From an uncultured Acidimicrobiales bacterium (GTDB lineage: Bacteria > Actinomycetota > Acidimicrobiia > Acidimicrobiales > SZUA-35), in the NCBI GenBank assembly GCA_963803875.1, contig CAWDOA010000016.1, forward strand, positions 619,033 through 683,032: a stretch of DNA of 64,000 bases. The letters are read 5' to 3'. The notes under the pieces are model-generated. The model was not told the origin of the DNA, did not search any database, and was given only the letters and a program-made list of their open reading frames with translations. The stretch's first letter is position 1, and each line of letters starts with the position of its first letter. Both the position numbers and the translations under genes were made by a program. Below are positions 60,506 to 64,000 of this stretch, in pieces.

Positions 60506-61414
60506 ATGACAGAGGCTCGGAGCGAGCGCAGGGTGGAGATCCCTGAACGGATCGATCTCAACTACACCATCAAAGGAGCAAAGAACCCGGTGATGGTCGG
60601 ACCGAGCGCAAATCTCTGGTCCACCCGCACCCCGATCGGGATCGCCACGCTGTATTTGAAGCGCAGCGGGAACCACGCCGAAGGGACCGCGTGGGGTGAA
60701 GGAGCTGAATGGATGCTCGAGCAGATGCCTTCGTTGCTGGGTTTGCGGGACAATCTCAGCGGCTTTGAACCCGACGGCAAGGTGGCGCGTGCATTCGCAC
60801 GACGCCCGTTCCGACTGAGTCGCACCGACCGTCCGTGGGATGCGCTCATCGGGGCGATTCTGGGCCAAAAGGTGCAGGTGACAAAGGCGGTTCAGTCTCG
60901 CCGGGCGATCGCCCGCCGCTTCGGAGAACCGGCACCGGGACCAGACATTCCCGGTAGGAAACGAGGCACCGTGTTGCCATCACCGGCAACGATCGGATCG
61001 CTGGGGTACAGCGATCTCCACACCTGTGGAGTCGAACGCAAGCGGGCCGAGGTGCTCATCCGCACCGCTCGCGAGCTGCGTCGGCTCGACTCGCTGTGGA
61101 CCCGGGAGCCCGCCCAGATCAGGGCAGGGCTGGAGAGGATCCGAGGCATCGGTCCGTGGACCTCGAACATGGTCACCGCGGTCGCCTTTGGCGACCCCGA
61201 TGCCGTGCCGGTGGGTGACTATCACATCCCCAACAACGTCGCATGGTGGTTGGCTGAAGAGGACCGAGCCACCGACGACCGGATGCTCGAACTCCTCGAG
61301 CCGTATCGAGGCCATCGCTGGCGGGTGGTTCGTATGGCCAAGACCAACGGCCCGGCACCCCGCTACGGAGCCCGCCTCAGCCTGACCTCAGACGGAATGA
61401 CACGGGCCCGCTGA
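60506..61414 (+). CDS. DNA-3-methyladenine glycosylase II family (AlkA-like, HhH-GPD)
   Basis: LIGAILGQKVQVTKA and IRGIGPWTSNMV...PVGDY (HhH-GPD with catalytic Asp). Confidence 0.8.
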   Translation: MTEARSERRVEIPERIDLNYTIKGAKNPVMVGPSANLWSTRTPIGIATLYLKRSGNHAEGTAWGEGAEWMLEQMPSLLGLRDNLSGFEPDGKVARAFARRPFRLSRTDRPWDALIGAILGQKVQVTKAVQSRRAIARRFGEPAPGPDIPGRKRGTVLPSPATIGSLGYSDLHTCGVERKRAEVLIRTARELRRLDSLWTREPAQIRAGLERIRGIGPWTSNMVTAVAFGDPDAVPVGDYHIPNNVAWWLAEEDRATDDRMLELLEPYRGHRWRVVRMAKTNGPAPRYGARLSLTSDGMTRAR

Positions 61415-61446
61415 AGGCAGAGAAGGTGCCCGTTTCCTCACGTTGG

Positions 61447-62403
61447 CTAGTCGAGGTTCGTGATGGCGAGCGCGGTTTCGATCGAGAAACGTGCGGCGGC
61501 AGCCTGGTTGAGGTGGGTGTAGTCCACGAAGTCGCTGTTGGTGTAGGAGCCCGACGTCCTGACGAGAGGCACATCCAGTTCGCGGGCGAGCGCATCGAGC
61601 GCCGAATCGACCATTGCCGCCTGATCCGGACCGCCGGGGTACAGCTCTTCGAATCGGGGCGGCACCGGCAGTTGCACCAAGATGACCTCGACACCCCCAG
61701 TTCGCAGCTGCTGCACCGATCGAACGATCGCCGCCAGATCGTCGCGGTCCAGAGCGAAGGGCGTGATTCTGCCCCGCACCTCAGCAGCCCGGGCCGGGGT
61801 CACCGCGGTCTGAAACTCGATGCGCTCGCCCCGTTCACCGGTTGCTGCCAGTGCATCGGCTCGCGAATTTCGGCGGGCGGTCGCCTTTCGTCCGAGCAGT
61901 TCGCTGGGATCGCGCAGCACGGTCCGGTTGCGCACCAGGCTGGAGATCGCGGCTGTGGCGCGTTCGGCTGTTGCTGGGACGCCCTCCTTGGTGGCCAGAG
62001 CTCTCTCGTAGGCGTTGAGGGTGGCGTTGCCGTACGTGGCGGAGATGTCGAGCGGTCCCAACCCCCACAGAACGCGGTCGGGCTCGATCCGTGGGGTTAC
62101 CTGGTCGCGCAACCACTGCTCGGCCACAACCGGCACACCACCATTGAGGCCGGCGTTGTATGAGCTGCCAAGCCAGGCTTCGAGATCCCGGGGAACAAGG
62201 GCTTGCTGGGCCATGGACGTCCCAACGATCACGGTGGAGACATGGTCGAGCTCGTCCATTTGTTCGATCTTCAGCTCCGCACTGTGGTCGTGCCATCGGA
62301 GCGCCGGGGCGTCCGAAGCAGCCACCAAAGTTCGGCCGGTGAGTTCTGCCACCGCGAGCACGACCAATCCTGCGAACACGAACCGAACGATCCTTCCGCT
62401 CAT
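61447..62403 (-). CDS. membrane-anchored protein, DltD/SGNH-like (tentative)
   Basis: N-terminal TM IVRFVFAGLVVLAVA. The C-terminal DFVDYTHLNQAAAARF resembles the catalytic-His block of SGNH/DltD-type proteins. ATG at 62403 overlaps the upstream stop. Confidence 0.55.
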   Translation of the reverse strand: MSGRIVRFVFAGLVVLAVAELTGRTLVAASDAPALRWHDHSAELKIEQMDELDHVSTVIVGTSMAQQALVPRDLEAWLGSSYNAGLNGGVPVVAEQWLRDQVTPRIEPDRVLWGLGPLDISATYGNATLNAYERALATKEGVPATAERATAAISSLVRNRTVLRDPSELLGRKATARRNSRADALAATGERGERIEFQTAVTPARAAEVRGRITPFALDRDDLAAIVRSVQQLRTGGVEVILVQLPVPPRFEELYPGGPDQAAMVDSALDALARELDVPLVRTSGSYTNSDFVDYTHLNQAAAARFSIETALAITNLD

Positions 62404-63914
62404 CCCGTGATACCTCGTGTGGCCATTTCGTCGGCGATTTGTCGGGTGAACGCCGTGGCGCCGTTGGATCTGAGGTGGGTGAGGTCCCGCCACAGCCCCG
62501 GATCATCGAATCCGCCGGAGAGATCGATGAACTGGGCGCCAGCCGCCGTCACTTCGGTTCCGAGCTGCGACATCGCATCTGCGATCGTGGAAGCCCCGCC
62601 CGGGACCAGTTCCACCGCCTCCGGGTTGATCGGCATGCCGGCGATGACGACTTCCGCACCCCATTCGCGGAGCTGGTCGATCACTTCCAGGGTGACGGCG
62701 ATCCGATCCGAACACACCGAAGGATCGGCGAACTGATTCGTGTAGTCGGGAACCTGGGCAGCGATCCCCTCGGCATTGCGGGCCGATGCCTTGGGAGCAT
62801 TCCCCATGTTGAGGTTCGGCTGGTCCGGGACCGGACCCAGCGCCAGCGCAATCGGATCGGTGGTTGAGAACCAGCCGGAGCTGGCGAAGAGGTTCTCTCG
62901 GTTGGCCAGCCGGTCCACGAACTGCTCGGCCCGTCCCGGCACAATGCAGGTGCCGATCAGATCGACGGGCCCCATGGGCCAAACGATGATCTTGGGAGTT
63001 GCATAACGGAACACCTCGTGAATCCAGTACTGCTGGACCTCGGCCAGTGAGCCCGGGAGGAATGCATTCCCCACCACCATTCCAGTTCGAGACGAGAGCA
63101 CCGGAACGTCGATTCCGTCGCCGGCTTGGGAACTCCCGATAACCACCAGTTGGGGCGGCGCGACCGGGTTGCGCAGCCATACATAGGCGGGGAGGGCGGA
63201 GTAGAAATGGAAGAGTCGAGTCATCACCGAGCCGGCAAGGAGACGGTCGGTCTCGGCAACTGCGGCTGACACGTCGGCGGTGAGCGTGAGCAGTTCGGCC
63301 ATTCTCGGATCATCAGTACTGATCGGCAACGCTCCGGGCGCAGCGCACTGCGGCTGGATCAGCAACTGTTCGAACAGCGAGCGGCCCAACGCGCGGGCCG
63401 GCGGTGATGCAACGTAGTCGGCGTACTCGTCGGCTTGAATTCGATCGTTCAGCGAGCGGGCTGTGGTGCCGGCATTGCGCAAGGCCGTGGTCCAGCGCTC
63501 GAGGTCCACGCCACAGGATGAAGCGAGCTCGGCGGCGATCGAATCGAACGACACGAGGTCGTCACGTAGGCCTTCGGGCGCGGCTTCGGCAAGCGGTTGA
63601 AGAACAAACCCCGGCAGTGGGTCGGTGAAGGCGAGCAGCTGGTCGGCGTTGATCGGGTCGCCTTCCTGCAACCCATCGGCCGGCACCGTGGCCGGGGGAG
63701 CATCGTCGGGGCACACGATCGATTCGGTCTCGAATCCGTACTCGTCGATCGTCACGGTGCGTTCGCATCCCGAGTCGAATACCGCAACACGTTCCTGAGG
63801 AGCACCCACGGCCTGGATCACACGGTCGGCAACGTCGTAGCCGGCCTGCTCACCGCTGGAGCAAGCGGCAACGATGAGGGCGAAGGCTGCGGTGGCGAGA
63901 GCGAGGCGGCGCAT
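62400..63914 (-). CDS. lipoprotein, C-terminal region paralogous to the downstream gene (SGNH/DltD-like, tentative)
   Basis: MRRLALATAAFALIVAAC lipobox. The C-terminal WRDLTHLRSNGATAFTRQI parallels DYTHLNQAAAARF of 61447..62403. Confidence 0.6.
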   Translation of the reverse strand: MRRLALATAAFALIVAACSSGEQAGYDVADRVIQAVGAPQERVAVFDSGCERTVTIDEYGFETESIVCPDDAPPATVPADGLQEGDPINADQLLAFTDPLPGFVLQPLAEAAPEGLRDDLVSFDSIAAELASSCGVDLERWTTALRNAGTTARSLNDRIQADEYADYVASPPARALGRSLFEQLLIQPQCAAPGALPISTDDPRMAELLTLTADVSAAVAETDRLLAGSVMTRLFHFYSALPAYVWLRNPVAPPQLVVIGSSQAGDGIDVPVLSSRTGMVVGNAFLPGSLAEVQQYWIHEVFRYATPKIIVWPMGPVDLIGTCIVPGRAEQFVDRLANRENLFASSGWFSTTDPIALALGPVPDQPNLNMGNAPKASARNAEGIAAQVPDYTNQFADPSVCSDRIAVTLEVIDQLREWGAEVVIAGMPINPEAVELVPGGASTIADAMSQLGTEVTAAGAQFIDLSGGFDDPGLWRDLTHLRSNGATAFTRQIADEMATRGITG

Positions 63915-64000
63915 CAGAACTGGAAGTACACGAACGGTCGAGGCAGACCGCCCGAGAAGACGAGTACGGACACGAGAGCGAGAGATACCAACGCGCCGGC
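63914..64000 (-). CDS. 3' end of a membrane protein gene (partial; possibly MBOAT-type, unproven)
   Basis: The minus frame reads ...AGALVSLALVSVLVFSGGLPRPFVYFQF-stop. The stop overlaps the next ATG (ATGA). Confidence 0.4.
   Translation of the reverse strand, partial: AGALVSLALVSVLVFSGGLPRPFVYFQF

Noticed and set aside
24735-61414. A DNA-repair island (Nei, ATL, MutM, AlkA)
   Set aside because: The four genes are 5-30 kb apart and interspersed with unrelated housekeeping genes. No operon or mobile-element structure links them.

Overview
High-GC (by eye about 62-66%) chromosomal segment of actinobacterial type. Supporting markers are DUF3499, an Rv0909/MT0933-like small protein, an F420-type LLM oxidoreductase, frequent GTG/TTG starts and a tandem glycine riboswitch. 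I call about 65 protein genes and one tRNA-Arg(CCT). I found no rRNA, CRISPR, integrase or transposase. Most content is housekeeping: pgi, alpha-glucan phosphorylase, bioB, gcvT-gcvP, surE, Ppx/GppA, arfB, Fpg/Nei/AlkA glycosylases, an ABC exporter and an acyl-CoA ligase. Main observations: (1) A 2.7-kb cassette lies downstream of the tRNA-Arg and is bounded by 75-bp direct repeats that duplicate the 3' end of a DoxX-like gene. It carries a microbial rhodopsin with the NDQ (sodium-pump type) motif, a translationally coupled NTF2-like gene and an ldhA-like dehydrogenase. No retinal or carotenoid synthesis genes are visible in the window. (2) A ~5.9-kb locus (42151-48088), if read as one gene, fuses a membrane HD-GYP c-di-GMP phosphodiesterase module to more than 1500 aa of cadherin-like repeats ending in two lamin-tail-like domains. 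It is interrupted by about 9 frame breaks. (3) About 21 single-nucleotide frame breaks cluster in only 8 genes, including gcvP, which sits behind an apparently intact riboswitch. From sequence alone I cannot tell assembly error from gene decay. (4) Smaller oddities: a 19-bp x6 tandem repeat starting inside the ridA stop codon, an HD-only half of a CCA-adding-type enzyme coupled to an alkyltransferase-like protein, an xdhC-sulfotransferase-sulfotransferase operon, an orphan Pycsar-effector-like membrane protein, and several short dispersed or inverted repeats. All family assignments come from motifs read by eye, with no database search.
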